Shown in pieces: positions 24,693-37,176 of a stretch of 64,000 nt of DNA. Source of the DNA: Malacoraja senta (Eukaryota); the NCBI GenBank assembly GCA_038087875.1, contig CM075990.1, positions 11,100,001-11,164,000 of the forward strand, read 5' to 3'. A model generated the notes under the pieces. That model was not told the origin of the DNA. It saw only the letters and a list, made by a program, of their open reading frames with translations, and searched no databases. Each line of letters opens with the position of its first letter. Within the stretch, counting starts at the first letter, position 1. A program made the position numbers and the translations under genes.

Positions 24693-25419
24693 CTGTTGGA
24701 GAAATAATGAGTGAATGACACGAGGTATTTTTATTGCATAAAGCTGCCAGGGAATCAAGGCTGAGGAATTTGTCACGGGCTGCAGATCCCGCTGTATGAG
24801 CGTCATCACGTTATTGATAAGAACCTGCTGGATTTGCACATTAATTGTCCATTAAAATGCTGCAGGAAGTTCGGGCTGGTAATTAATGACATGGATAACG
24901 TTATAACATTGTGATAGATGCTTCTGTGATGCTAATGGATCACATGGTCCCAAAAATGCAGACCAAACTGTGGCACTCATTCATGGGCAAATTTTGCTGA
25001 ATGATTTTATTTAAAAGGTTTAGCTTCTTCTTTACTTCACTTTCTAACACCTGATTTCATTCCTTTTATTCCCTGTCTGGCTTTCACCTTATTTGATTTA
25101 AACCCTTGTATTGCGTTAGTTAGAAAGTCACCATTGGCCCTGGTTCTGTCCCAGAGGTTTTGTTTCATTCATTGCCTTATTATTAAGATGTATTCCCATT
25201 ATATAACAATGCAAAATTATTTTCAAGCTGAAAGGTGCAGAATAAAGTTTTAACTAACATTGTGTGCTGCGCAATGCCCCAAAGGTCCAATCCATCAAGA
25301 AACGTGCATGGTTGGTTTCCTATTCGAGTGTTCAGGTATGTAATTTCAAATCATTTTAACAGTGTTTCCTCACTGAGAATAGAATATTCTTCTTCTCTTC
25401 TCCATGTTGAACCAAACAC

Positions 25420-26010
25420 CCAGGTTGTGCGTTGTTCCAGGTGTGGACTCCTGTACATCGGCGAGACCAAGCGCAGGCTCGGCGATTGTTTCGCTGAACA
25501 CCTCCGCTCAGTCCACCTTAACCTACCTGATCTCCCGGTTGCTAAACACTTTAACTCCCCCTCCATTCCCACACTGACTTTCTGTCCTGTGACTCCTCCA
25601 TTGTCAGAGTGAGGCACAACACTCATTGGAGGAACAGCACCTCACATTTCGCTTGGGCAGCTTACACCCCAACGGTATGAACATTGACTTCTCTAACTTC
25701 AAGTAACCCTTGCTTTCCCTCTCTCTCCATCCCTCTCCCTTCCCAGTTCTCCGGCCGGTTCTACTGTCTTCGATACATTTTATCTCTGTTTGCTTTGTTG
25801 TTACCTTCTCCCAGCTAACAATGATCTATTCTACATTTTCCTTGATTTCCATTCCCTTTGCCCTGTTTTCAGTCCTTCACACTTCATTATCTATGTATCT
25901 CCCTCTCCATTGACGTCAGTCTGAAGAAGGGTCTTGACCCGAAACGTCACCCATTCCTTTTCTCCAGAGATGCTGCCTGTCCCGCTGAGTTACTCCAGCA
26001 TTTTGTGTCT
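25420..26010 (+). mobile_element. Penelope-like element 3' end: GIY-YIG endonuclease remnant plus pLTR
   Basis: VRCSRCGLLYIGETKRRLGDCFAEHLRSV...PVAKHFN; then EEQHLTFRLGSLHPNGMN; then pLTR. Confidence 0.92.
25921..25948 (+). ncRNA. Minimal hammerhead ribozyme core, intact, in a PLE pLTR
   Basis: CTGAAGA-A-GGGTC-TT-GACCC-GAAAC-GTC. Confidence 0.75.
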
Positions 26011-26219
26011 CCCCAGGTTGATTTGTTGCTGTGATATCATTTCCACAGAGAAACTCGTCTGCACCAGCACATAAGTAGCAATGTTGCAGGATTGGGTCAG
26101 CGCCTATGTATCCTGTGGCAAATGATTTCCCTTCTGATGCTGCAAAACCTTTTCTCCCTGCACAAGGTACTTGAATACCTTCAGCTTGCCAGGATGAGAA
26201 CAGTTGCAACAGCACCAGA

Positions 26220-26751
26220 GGGCAGCACGGTGGCGCAGTGGTTGAGTAGCTGCCTTACAGTGCCAGAGACCCGGGTTCGTTTCTGACCACGGGTGCTGTC
26301 TGTACGGAGTTTGCATGTTCTCCCGCGACCTCGTGGGTTTTCCCCGGGTGCTCCAGTTGCCTCCCATGCTCCAAAGATATACAGGATTGTATGTTCATTT
26401 GGCTTCAGTAAAAATTGTAAATTGTCCCTCTTGTGTAGGATAGCTCTACTCCAACAGCATCTCCCAAATGGCACATTGGCATAGCGGTAGAGTTGCTACT
26501 TTACAGCACCAGAGACCCGGGTTCGATCCTGACTCTGGGTGCTGTCTGTATGGAGTTTGTATGGTCTCCCCATCAACGTTTGGGACTTCCGGTTTCTTCC
26601 CACATTCCAAAGACATAGAGGTTTGTAGGCTAATTGGCTTGGTATAATTATTCCTAGTGTGTGTACGATGGTGCTAGTGTGCGTGGATCGCTGGTCGGCA
26701 CGGACTCAGTGAGCTGAAGGGCCTATTTCTGTGCTGTATCTATAAACTAAA
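26220..26751 (+). mobile_element. Two tandem HE1/V-SINE-type SINEs
   Basis: tRNA-like heads at ~26221 and ~26470. Confidence 0.85.
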
Positions 26752-26929
26752 GTACATTCTGGACCAATACCATGAAGAAGGACAATGGCAGAAGATGCAT
26801 TGGAACACCACCTCCAGCAGGTTCTGTGTCATAAGAATTTAACAATTTGGAATAGGCCAATTGTTCTTTTGAGCATTAATCAAGATAATGGTTCATCTTC
26901 TAACACAGTACCATGCACCAAATGAATAT

Positions 26930-27278
26930 AGAACATAGGAGCTGAATTAGGCCATTTGGTCCATCAAGTCCACACTGCCATATGATCATGGCTGATCTAT
27001 TTTTCCCTCTCAACCCTGTTCTCCTGGCTTCTCCCTGTAACGTTTGACCCTTTTACTAATCAGGAACCCTTCAACCTCCCATTTTAAAATACCAGATGAC
27101 TTGGCTTCCACAGATATCTGTAGCAATGAACTCTACAGATTCACCACCCACTGGCTAAAGAAATTCTTCCTCACCTCCAGTCTTAAAACTTGTCCTTTTA
27201 TTCTGAGGCTGTGTCCTCTGGTTCTAGTCTCTCCCATCACTGGAACCATCTTCTCCATGTCCACTCTATCTAGGCCTT
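26930..27278 (-). mobile_element. CR1 3' fragment
   Basis: Antisense CR1 3' UTR and ORF2 end. Confidence 0.85.
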
Positions 27279-27465
27279 TTATCCCCTTATCCCTTTATTC
27301 ATTTAACATCCAGCTATCTATCCATTTCTGCTTTGGACATGTGATGGCCAATGTTTGCAGAGTAGGCTTTCATAAATAGTTGCACAGTAATGACTGGTTA
27401 ATCTGTTGTTTAAGTGATTTTGGAGTCTGAGACAAATGCTGTTTCTGAATGTTGGTTTGAAGAAG

Positions 27466-27784
27466 GGCGGCACGGTGGCACAGTGGTAGAGTTGCTGCCT
27501 AGAGTTGGAGACCCTGGTTCGATCCCGACTACGGGTGCTGTCTGTACGGAGTTTGTACGTTTTTCCCTTGACCGTGTGGGTTTTCTCCGAGATCTTCGGT
27601 AGCCTCCCACACTCCAAAGACGTGCAGGTATGTAGGTTAGTTGGCTTGGTGTATGTGTAAATCGTCCCTAGTGTGTGTAGGATAGTGTTAATGTGCGGGG
27701 ATCGCTGGACGGCACGGACTTGGTGGACCGAAGGGCCTGTTTCCGTGCTGTATCTTTAAACTAAACTAAACTAAACTAACCTAA
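27466..27784 (+). mobile_element. HE1/V-SINE-type SINE
   Basis: A/B boxes, body, (aacta)n tail. Confidence 0.9.
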
Positions 27785-30757
27785 AGGGTCCTGACCCACA
27801 ATGTCATCCATTCCCTCCACGGATGTTGCCAGACCCTCTGAGTTCTTCCAGCACTGTGTTTTGCTCATGAATGATGGTTCAATTCCTTTGAAACAGTCAT
27901 GGGATTTTTTGTATCAATTTTACCAAGCATCATGTCTCATCCGAAAAACAGAATCAGAACAATTTTGAGAGTTGGTTCTCAAATTAGATTAAAACTCACT
28001 TGACTAGTGTTGATTGAGCAGCAAACAATGCTGTTTGGACAGTGGATGTCCTTGGTACTGATCGGCAATGTGTCGGCATGGGAAGATACATTTTAATCCC
28101 ATTGTTCCAGGTTGGATTAAATATCGGAGGAGAAAGCATTATGGTTCTGCTCCATTTGACCAGCCACTCTGTCTTAAGAGCATGTTGTTGCATCTTTTTA
28201 AACGCCACTGCCTTGTGTGTCAGCACAAGAACATATTTGAATAATTAAATAGGCACAATCAAAAATACACAGGGATTCATTTAATTTGTTTCATGAATAT
28301 ATTAATAAATGCATTAGTTGTGATTATTTATTAAACATATTAACACTGCAGAAATAGGGAAACGTGCAATAAACAAGTGTGACCACAGGCAGGAATTTCC
28401 AGAAGTATCGACTTGACTCGTTGGGGTAACAACATTCCTTCTGTGATTAAGTTGTAATTTTCAATGTGCAATTTACCATGTATTGAACCATGAGTGGTTT
28501 AATTTAACGTGAGCGTAGATTAAATCCGTTCTGAGCATAGTGCTGTGGTGCAATGTGCAGCTTTTAAAAGTACAGATGGGGAGTTAATGTAAGCATTGAA
28601 CTGTGACTGATGAGACAATTACTTTTTCCTCAGTAGAACACAGATGATTCAGGCCCTACACGACACATTGAAAACAGCCAAGCAGATAGCAGCCAATGTT
28701 CCTATTGTGCGGCAACAATCTCTTCTCCACGTTCAGTTGTTTGTGAAGCAGGCTTAAAGGTATCTGGTTTAATTCGGAAAACCCACCCTACATCTAACTT
28801 GGTTTCTTAGCTTGAGTGTAGTTTATTGTCGCGTGTACCGAGGTACAGTGAAAAGTTGTTGTCACATGCTAGCCAGTCAGCAGAAAGGCAATATATGATT
28901 TCAATCATGCCATCCACAGTGTACAGACACATGATAAAGGGATAAATGCAAGATAAAGTCCGATCAAAGATAATCCGAGGGTCTCCTGACCCTCTTAGTC
29001 TGACTCTCAATCTGAAGAAGAGTCTTGACCCGAAACATCACCTGTTCCTTTTCTCCAGAGAACCTGCCTGACCCGCTGAGTTACTCCAGCATCTTGTGTC
29101 TATCTTTGGGGTAAACCAGCATCTGCAGTTCCTTTCTACACTCATCATTAGATCAGTCAGGATCTCATCGAATGGCAGTGCAGGCTTGTGAGGTCGAACA
29201 CTCCAAAAAATCTCTGAATTTTTATGTTTGTTTTGTATCTTGTCCATTAATATTTTCTAAGGACAGAGAATGTACCATATGTAATAAATAATTCTCCATC
29301 TCATCTTCGAAATAGTGTCAGGAATTTTTTTATATTTATCTGAGAGAGCAGAGAGGGACTCGGATTTAATTCTCAGCTGGAAGACAGAAAAATATATATT
29401 TTATGCAGAGCATCAAAAACTAACTCTAAAACTGGTTTTCTTGTATGGTTTGAATTCTATGAATTTTTAATTATGAGGATCACAGAGTGTCAAAGGTAAA
29501 GTTGGATATCCCATTATTTTCATCTAGAATCGAGAGGCCACATTTGTTTTGCATCTTGGATAAGGAGATATTGGAAATAGAACTCTTTTCTTCTTTAAAA
29601 CAATAGGCATGTATCTCTCTAACGTCTTTTCATAATCTTGGATCTTTCAAAATACTACACAGTACATTTTAAGTGCTGTTATTGTTATAAAGCTGGAAAC
29701 ATGACAGACAATTTGTGTCGAGCAAGATCTCATAAACAAGAGATTATAAACATATTGTTTTTGGTGATGTTGGTTCATATAGGCTTAAGTTTAATATTGT
29801 TACTTGTACGAGGCACAGTGAAAAGCGTTGTTTGGCATGTCAAACAGATCAGATGTACCATACATATACACAATCAGTTCAAACTAATATACAATAGATA
29901 GAGCAAAGGGGAAGATACAAAGTGCAGAAACTTTGTAATGCATCAGTTCTTGTAACGCATCAGTTCTTTTGACCAATTCCAATGTCCTCAATGGGGTAGA
30001 GATGAATCCTAGTTTAAGGAAGGATCGTTTATGGAAGCCTGATACTGAAGGAGAAGAAACTGTTCCTGAATCTGGTCGTGCGCACGTTCAGGCTTCTGTA
30101 CCTCTGCCAGACAGGAGCAGGGAGAAGAAGGAATGACGGTATGGGACAAGTCTTTGATTATGTTGGCTGCTTTTCTGAGGCAGTGTGAAATATTGATGGA
30201 TTTAATGGTGGGTAGTCTGGTCTGTGTGATGGGTCTAGTATTGGTAAGAACGCCACGACAGATGGGGGCAGGGGTGGGCCACATGGCTCCTCACATACTC
30301 AATGTTCATGGCTGATCTACCCCAGCCCACAAATCATTTTCTGAGCCAGTTCCCCATAGCACTGAATTCCCTGATCTTTCTTTTAAAACAATACCTCTGC
30401 AGGTACCTCCTTTTAAAATGCCAGAACTAAATCCCCAACTCTTATCTGATGTCCAGACTTCAATAAAATCCTCAAAAGTGGATTGCCTGTTTATTGTGGG
30501 AGCTTGCTGTGTATAAATTGTCAGAGGTTTCCTACACGTGATTGCACTTCAAAAGTATTTTCCTAGTCGTAAAGCACATAGTGAAAGCTGCCTTGCAGAT
30601 ACAAGCCATCCATGAAGAAGCTCAGAGAATACTTAAGATGTGATGGATTACTGTATATGTTCCTCATGGGTATATTGAGAGTTAGAACAAAATCCTATGC
30701 GTGACTTTCTTTGCCCCAGCTGATCCATTCTTAGATGAGAGATGACTTCATAAGTTC

Positions 30758-31332
30758 TAATTGAAACATATAAGATTGTTAAGGGTTTGGACACGCTAGA
30801 GGCAGGAAACATGTTCCCGATGTTGGGGGAGTCCAGAACCAGGGGCCACAGTTTAAGAATAAGAGGTAAACCATTTAGAACGGAGATGAGAAAACACTTT
30901 TTCTCACAGAGAGTTGTGAGTCTGTGGAATTCTCTGCCTCAGAGGGCGGTGGAGGCCGTTTCTCTGGATACTTTCAAGAGAGAGCTAGATAGGGCTCTTA
31001 AAGATGGGGATATGGGGAGAAGGCAGGAACGGGGTACTGATTGGGGATGATAGATTAGCTGTGATTGAATGACGGAGAAGTCTTGATGGGCCGAATGGCC
31101 TACTCATGCCCCTATTGTCTATTGTGTATTGTCTATTCATAAGTTGTAGGAGCAGAATTAGGCCATTCGGCCCATCAAGTCATCTCCGTCATTAAATCAC
31201 AGCTAATCTATCATTCCCTCTCAACCCCATTTCCTGCCTTCTCCCGTAACCCTTGACACCCATACTAATCAAGAATCTATCAATCTCCACCTTAAAAATA
31301 TCCATTGACCTGGCCTCCACTGTCTTCTGTGG
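30758..31332. mobile_element. Two CR1 3' fragments, tail to tail
   Basis: Plus copy MFPMLGESRTRGHSLRIRGKPFRTEMRKHFFSQRVV to ~31136, then an antisense CR1 3' UTR. Confidence 0.88.
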
Positions 31333-31634
31333 ACTGTTCCCTCTGCCCTTGCCTCTTATGTTACTTTAGCATCAAGAGCACAGTGGACCCCTACCTGTGT
31401 CTTTATTTTTGAGTGTCCTGTCCCCACATGAAATGTCGGCAGGTTGCCATGGGTATTATTTAGCCTGCACTGGAGGTCATTCACCACGAGTTGTATCAGC
31501 CAGGAACATATTCATCACTGGTTGAACAATCTCCTCATGGAAACAAGTATAAGGGAGGGATGAGAAATGAGATTACCAGCCTCAACATATTATTGTGTCA
31601 AATCAAGATGCATCCGTGATATTCAACCTTCTTC

Positions 31635-31944
31635 TAGATTAGATTAGATGAGAGATACTTCGGCACACCGAGTCCACACCAACCAGCAATCCCCGCACAT
31701 TAACACAAACCTGCACACACTAGGGACAATTTACATCTATACGAAGTATACAAACCCAAGCCAATTAACCTACAAACCTGTATGTCTTTGCAGTGTGGGA
31801 GGAAACCAAAGATCTCAGAGAAAACACACGCAGTCACAGGAAGAACCTACAAACTCCATACAGACAGCACCCGTAGTCGGGTTCGAACTTGGGTCGCAGG
31901 CGCTGTAAGGCTGCAACTCTACCGCTGCGCCACCGTGCCGCCCC
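31635..31944 (-). mobile_element. HE1/V-SINE-type SINE
   Basis: Reverse complement of the family consensus. Confidence 0.88.
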
Positions 31945-34379
31945 ACGTTTCTGTGGTAACTAATCCCTGCATTGAAATATCCAATAAAATTCATAAAGTC
32001 CTCAAAGAAAATGTAGTTGTGTTTCAGGTTATGAAAAGCACTGTAATATAATATTCTTAATAAAACTAATAATAATTTAAAGAATTGTACTGGCAGGGAT
32101 GTTGGTGAATCTCAGTTGCTATAATATGTTCATTTGCTGGATATAGATCTGAATTGCTCAGAGAATAGAAATGTGAACTGAAATGCATGGCAAATAATTC
32201 AAAAATAAAGCATAATCTGATAATTTAGCTGCCTGCATCATTAAATGTTCCCCATGGATAATTCAAGAGGTAGCCTGGAATTAATATTTTCTTCCATTCT
32301 TTCTGTGGAGAGTCTAATATCAAGGCTGAAAAACTGTGCATAATTATTTCACTGGTCCAATCTCTTTAATGGTAGATGCAGTGTTTTGAAGCATTCCCAA
32401 TAAGGCTGAGTGTGGCGAGCAGACCCTGTGGTATAATGCAACAACATATTAAATGTCTGGGGCACGGCCATTACATTTCAAGAGTGGATGCTGAGTCTGG
32501 GGAAAAGGTTGGAGATGAAAGCACATAATCTTATATTTTCATGGCATCACAAATTGCTCCCGGTAGATGATGTGCAGAGTTGTACTGAGTAAACAAGACG
32601 TCTGCTTTCTGTGATTAAAACCAAGACCACGAGTTATATTCTGCACTGATAAAAACGGGGGAATTGGTGAATGGTAAGTGTAAAGCTCCGAGGGAATTTT
32701 CTTGATTCCAGGTCCAACAATATTCATAAGATCATAAGATCATAAGGTCATAAGGGATAGTAGAATTAGGCCATTCAGCCCATCACGTCTACTCCGCCAT
32801 TCAATCGTGGCTGATCTACCTTAACCCTCCTAATCCCACTTCTCCCCATAACCTCTGCCTCCTGTACTAATCAAGAATCTATCTATCACTGCCTTAAATA
32901 TATCCACTGACTTTGCCTCCACAGCCTTCTGTGGCAAAGAATTCCACAGATTCACCACCCTCTGTCTAAAGAATGACAAGATTCAAAATGATCACAACCG
33001 TTCAAGCATCTACCCTGAAGGTACATCCCTTCCTCCACTTGACAGTGACAGCAAGGTTCTCTGTACTAATTCAAAAATATATGCTTGACAGCATCTCCCC
33101 CCAATGTACCCTGAAGCCCTGATTTTTTATCATTTAGGACAGTTGACATTTGAGTTTAGAATTTAGAGAGACAACATGGAAACAAGCACATTCAATCCAT
33201 ATCAACTATCGAGCACGTGTTCACATTTGTTCTATGTTATCCCACATTATCATTCACTCTGTACACACTGGGGGCAATTTTACTTGGGTCAATCAACCTA
33301 CAAACCCGCACATCTTTATGAATGTGAGCGGAAACCATAGCATTCGGAGAAAGCCCAATGTGGTCATAATGAACAAACTCCACAGAACAAACTCCACACA
33401 GACAGCACCCGAGGTCAGGATCGAACCTGGGTCTTTAGCCGTGTGAGGTAGCAGCTCAACAAGCAGCCCCACTGTGCTGCCCTCAGATGCCCTCTGTCAC
33501 ACCAAGATTTGAAGTTATCCTGTCGTTCCCAGTTGGTTAGCCATTGGTGGTACAATGGCGCAGTTTGTGGTGCCCCAACCTCACAGTGCCCTAAACCTGG
33601 TTTCAAACCAGATGTAGGTGTTGTGTGTGTGTGTGTGTGGCGTCTGAATTTTTTCACCGTGACCGTACGCCTTTCCTCTGGTTGCTCCAGATTCCCCCCT
33701 CATCCCATGGATGTTTTATGGCAGATGGATTTGTCACTTTAAATTGACCCTGGTGTGTTGGTGAGTGGTAGAATCATGAGGAAGTTGATGAGAATGTTAT
33801 AGACTCACGGAGTCTTGCAGTGATACAGCATGGAAACAGGCCCAACTTGCCAACACCCACACTAGTCCCACCTGCCTGCATTTGCACCATATCCCTCTAA
33901 ACCTGTCCTGTAATGTTAGAGAATAAAAAATGTAGGATTCGTGTAAATATGTGGTTGATGCACAGGGTGGATTTTGATGGGCTGGGATGAGTTTGATGGG
34001 ATGAGTTTTTGTGCCGTACCTTTTTAAAACAGTGGAATTTTATGACAGAGAAACTCTCTACTGTTGAAGCACCTTCACCACCATCTTTTCAAACGGATTG
34101 GCCTTTTGCAGTGATGCTCCCAATCCACAATTAATTCTCATCAGTATACACTGTAAGCAAATGTTGTGTATTTAATAAATTGTATATTGTTTCGTCAAAA
34201 AAAATGCAATGAGTTCAATCGTCTTCCACTCTGTGGACCTGCATTATCCCACACCCAATAATTATCTCTAAATGCACTTCTTCAGAAGATCTTTAATGTC
34301 CATCTGAACAGCACAGCCTCTGTGTCATACCTTATCCATCCTTTAGCACTACATATTTTATATTTGGATGAGAATACTT

Positions 34380-35482
34380 GATACCAGACCAGTCTAGGTT
34401 TTCAAACTGACAATGAGATAGAGCAATACTTTCAAAGAAGCACTGGTCAGACTAATCAAACAGAGGACGACAAATCTCTTGGACCAGACAATCTGGTTTT
34501 ATAAATGAGGTGGTTGCAGAGGTAGTGCATTCAATGGTTGTCATCTTTTAATATTTCCAGATTCTGGAAAGGTTCTGGCCGATTGGAAAGCAGCAAATGT
34601 AATACTACCATTCAGAAGAAGGGGTGATAAAGAAAACGGAGAGGTATAACCTGTTAGCTTAACATTGTCAGTTGAAATCCGTCATTAATTGATGACAGAC
34701 CATCCAGTTTTGTGTCACCAGCAAACTATGAAATACCATGTTGGTTCCTTCAGGTATTTACAATATATATCAGCGTTTTGGGTGAGGCCTAACATTGATC
34801 CTAGCCATGCCCCACTTGTCATAGAAACATAGAAACATAAGAACCATAGAAAATAGGTGCAGGAGTAGGCCATTCAGCCCTTCGAGCCAGCAGCGCCATT
34901 CAATATGATCATGGGTGATCATCCAAAATCAGTACCCCGTTCCTGCTTTTTCCCCATATCCCTTGATTCTGTTAGCCCTGTCATCACTTGCCACCCTGAA
35001 AAGGATGATTTATTCCTACTCAACATTCTGTCTGTCAACCAGTTTGTAGTTCCTATTGAAACCTTCCCCTCAATGCCATGCTCTTTAATTGGCCACTCTA
35101 ATATTTCATGTGAGCCTTTATCAAAAGCATTTGAAAGTTCAAATAATTCACATTCACTCATTCTCCCACATCTTTTCAATCTGTCACATATTTAAAAAAA
35201 AACTCCAGTAGGTTTCTCAACTACAAATTCCCTTTCAAAAACACCGCATTGATTTTTGTCTAACCCCATTAATATTTCTCTCACCAGTTGCTTTGTTCTT
35301 TATTGTAGTCTCTAGCATTCTCCCTTCTACTGATGTCAGGCTTACTGGTCTGCAGTTTCCAGTTTCTCCCTCCCACTTATATTCCAGTCTGCAGGAACTG
35401 TTCGATATTCCATAGATTTCTGGAAATTGATAACCAGTGCTTCCATTGTTTCCTCAGCGACTTCCTTTCGTAGTCTGGGATG
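34380..35482. mobile_element. Decayed CR1 RT fragments in both orientations plus a young CR1 tail
   Basis: gattggaaagcagcaaatgtaatac (DWKAANV), tataacctgttagcttaac (PVSLT), antisense AFDK motif. Confidence 0.65.
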
Positions 35483-36046
35483 TAAGAATTGAGTTTTGTT
35501 ACGTTTGCAATGTGGTTAATATACTGGATTAATATTTAAAGGCCTGGACCACTGATCTGAAGACATGTTTAAATCTCAGACATATGAGATATGAAATTCA
35601 ATTAAATAACATTGTAATTAAAAGTTAGCATTAGTGATGAAGACTTTGACACTAAAAGATTATTGTAAAACTCATCTGATTCACTGCCGTTTTACAGGGA
35701 TGGAAATGGAAACATAGACACAGCAAGCACCTAGACCCACTACAATTGGGCAACTGCCACATTAGGTCATCGGAGGATTTAATCTCAAAGAAACATAGTA
35801 ACATAGAAAATAGGTGCGGGAGTAGGCCATTTGGCCCTTCGACCCAGCACCGCTATTCAATAGGATCATGGCTGATCATCCAAAATCAGTGCCCCATTCC
35901 TGCTTTCTCCCCATATCCCTTGATTCCATTAGCCCTGAGAGCTAAATCTAACCAGCAGCTTTAGGTTTTTGAGACTCTTTTCCTCTGGTTTCTCCATTTC
36001 AGCTTCCTCAGAGGTCCCTCAGAACTTCCTAACTTCCTCAAAACAC

Positions 36047-36354
36047 AGGGTGGCACAGTGACGCTGCGGTAGAGTTACTGCCTTACAGCGCCAGAGACCT
36101 GGGGTCGATCCTGACTATGGGTGCTTGTCTGTATGGAGTTTGTACGTTCTCTCCATGCATGGGTTTTCTCCGAGATCTTCGGTTTCCTCCCACACTCCAA
36201 AGACGTACAGGTTTGTAGGTTAATTGGCTTCGTATAACTGTAAAAAATGTTTTTAATGTGGTAGTTTTAATGTGCGGGGATCACTGGTCGGTGCCGACTC
36301 GGTGGGCCGAAGGGCCTGTTTCCGCGCTGTATCTCTAAACTGTTCTAAACTAAA
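36047..36354 (+). mobile_element. HE1/V-SINE-type SINE
   Basis: A/B boxes, body, tail. Confidence 0.9.
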
Positions 36355-36514
36355 TCACTTACGAAGGGACTTGGTTCCTCACAGGGCACAATCTCAAACC
36401 CAATATTACAAGAGATTATATTAACAAGTAAATGCTGGATGATTATTTTATAATTTAGGCTATCCATTTTAGGCTACTCCAGAGAACTGTGTCATCGGGA
36501 ACCACTCTAATTCA

Positions 36515-36850
36515 GGTCCTCCAATTTCCTGAGGTCTTGGATAGAGCTGTTCCCAAACCAGGCTGTGATGCATCCCGATAGAATGCTTTCTACGGCGCAT
36601 CTGTAGCAGTTGGTGAAGGTTGTTTGGGACATGCTGAACTTCCTGGCCCTTCTAAGGAAGTAGAGGCTTTTGTGTGTGTTCTTGGGCATAACTTCGACGT
36701 GGCTGGTCAAATAAATATTCCGAGGAACTAGGAACCTGAAGCTTTCGACCATCTCTACCTCAGTGCCATAAATGTATACCTGAGTGTGTGTCTTGCTTTG
36801 CTTCCTGAAGACAATCACAAATTCCTTTGTCTTGCTGACATTGAGAGAGA
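36515..36850 (-). mobile_element. Rex1/Babar-like RT fragment
   Basis: EVEMVESFRFL...LYFLRRARKFSM...YRCAVESILSGCITAWFGN. Confidence 0.85.
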
Positions 36851-37176
36851 ATACTCATTTGTAATTGCCCTTTGAAAGTGGTGGTGAGCCATCTATTTGA
36901 ACCGACGCAGTCCATTTGTAAAGGTACTCATCATTGTCGCTGTGTGGAAAGCTCCTTATTTAGACCCAGTATTGATAAGGGAGCTTTGACCATGAGGAGG
37001 GGGACTTGCAGATGATGGCATTCCCTCTCGTCCTGGATGTGGAGAGATTGCTGTGGGGAGATTCAGGTGTAAAAGAGCATTAACTCCTTCATCTCAAATT
37101 CATCTGTTGATTTACTTAAATGAGTTAATGGTGGTGTTGAACTCAGAGAGCAGCACTAGAGTATCACTAGATGTTC

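Noticed and set aside
28637..28759. Possible plus-strand 123-bp exon
   Set aside because: Isolated, weak donor, unremarkable peptide
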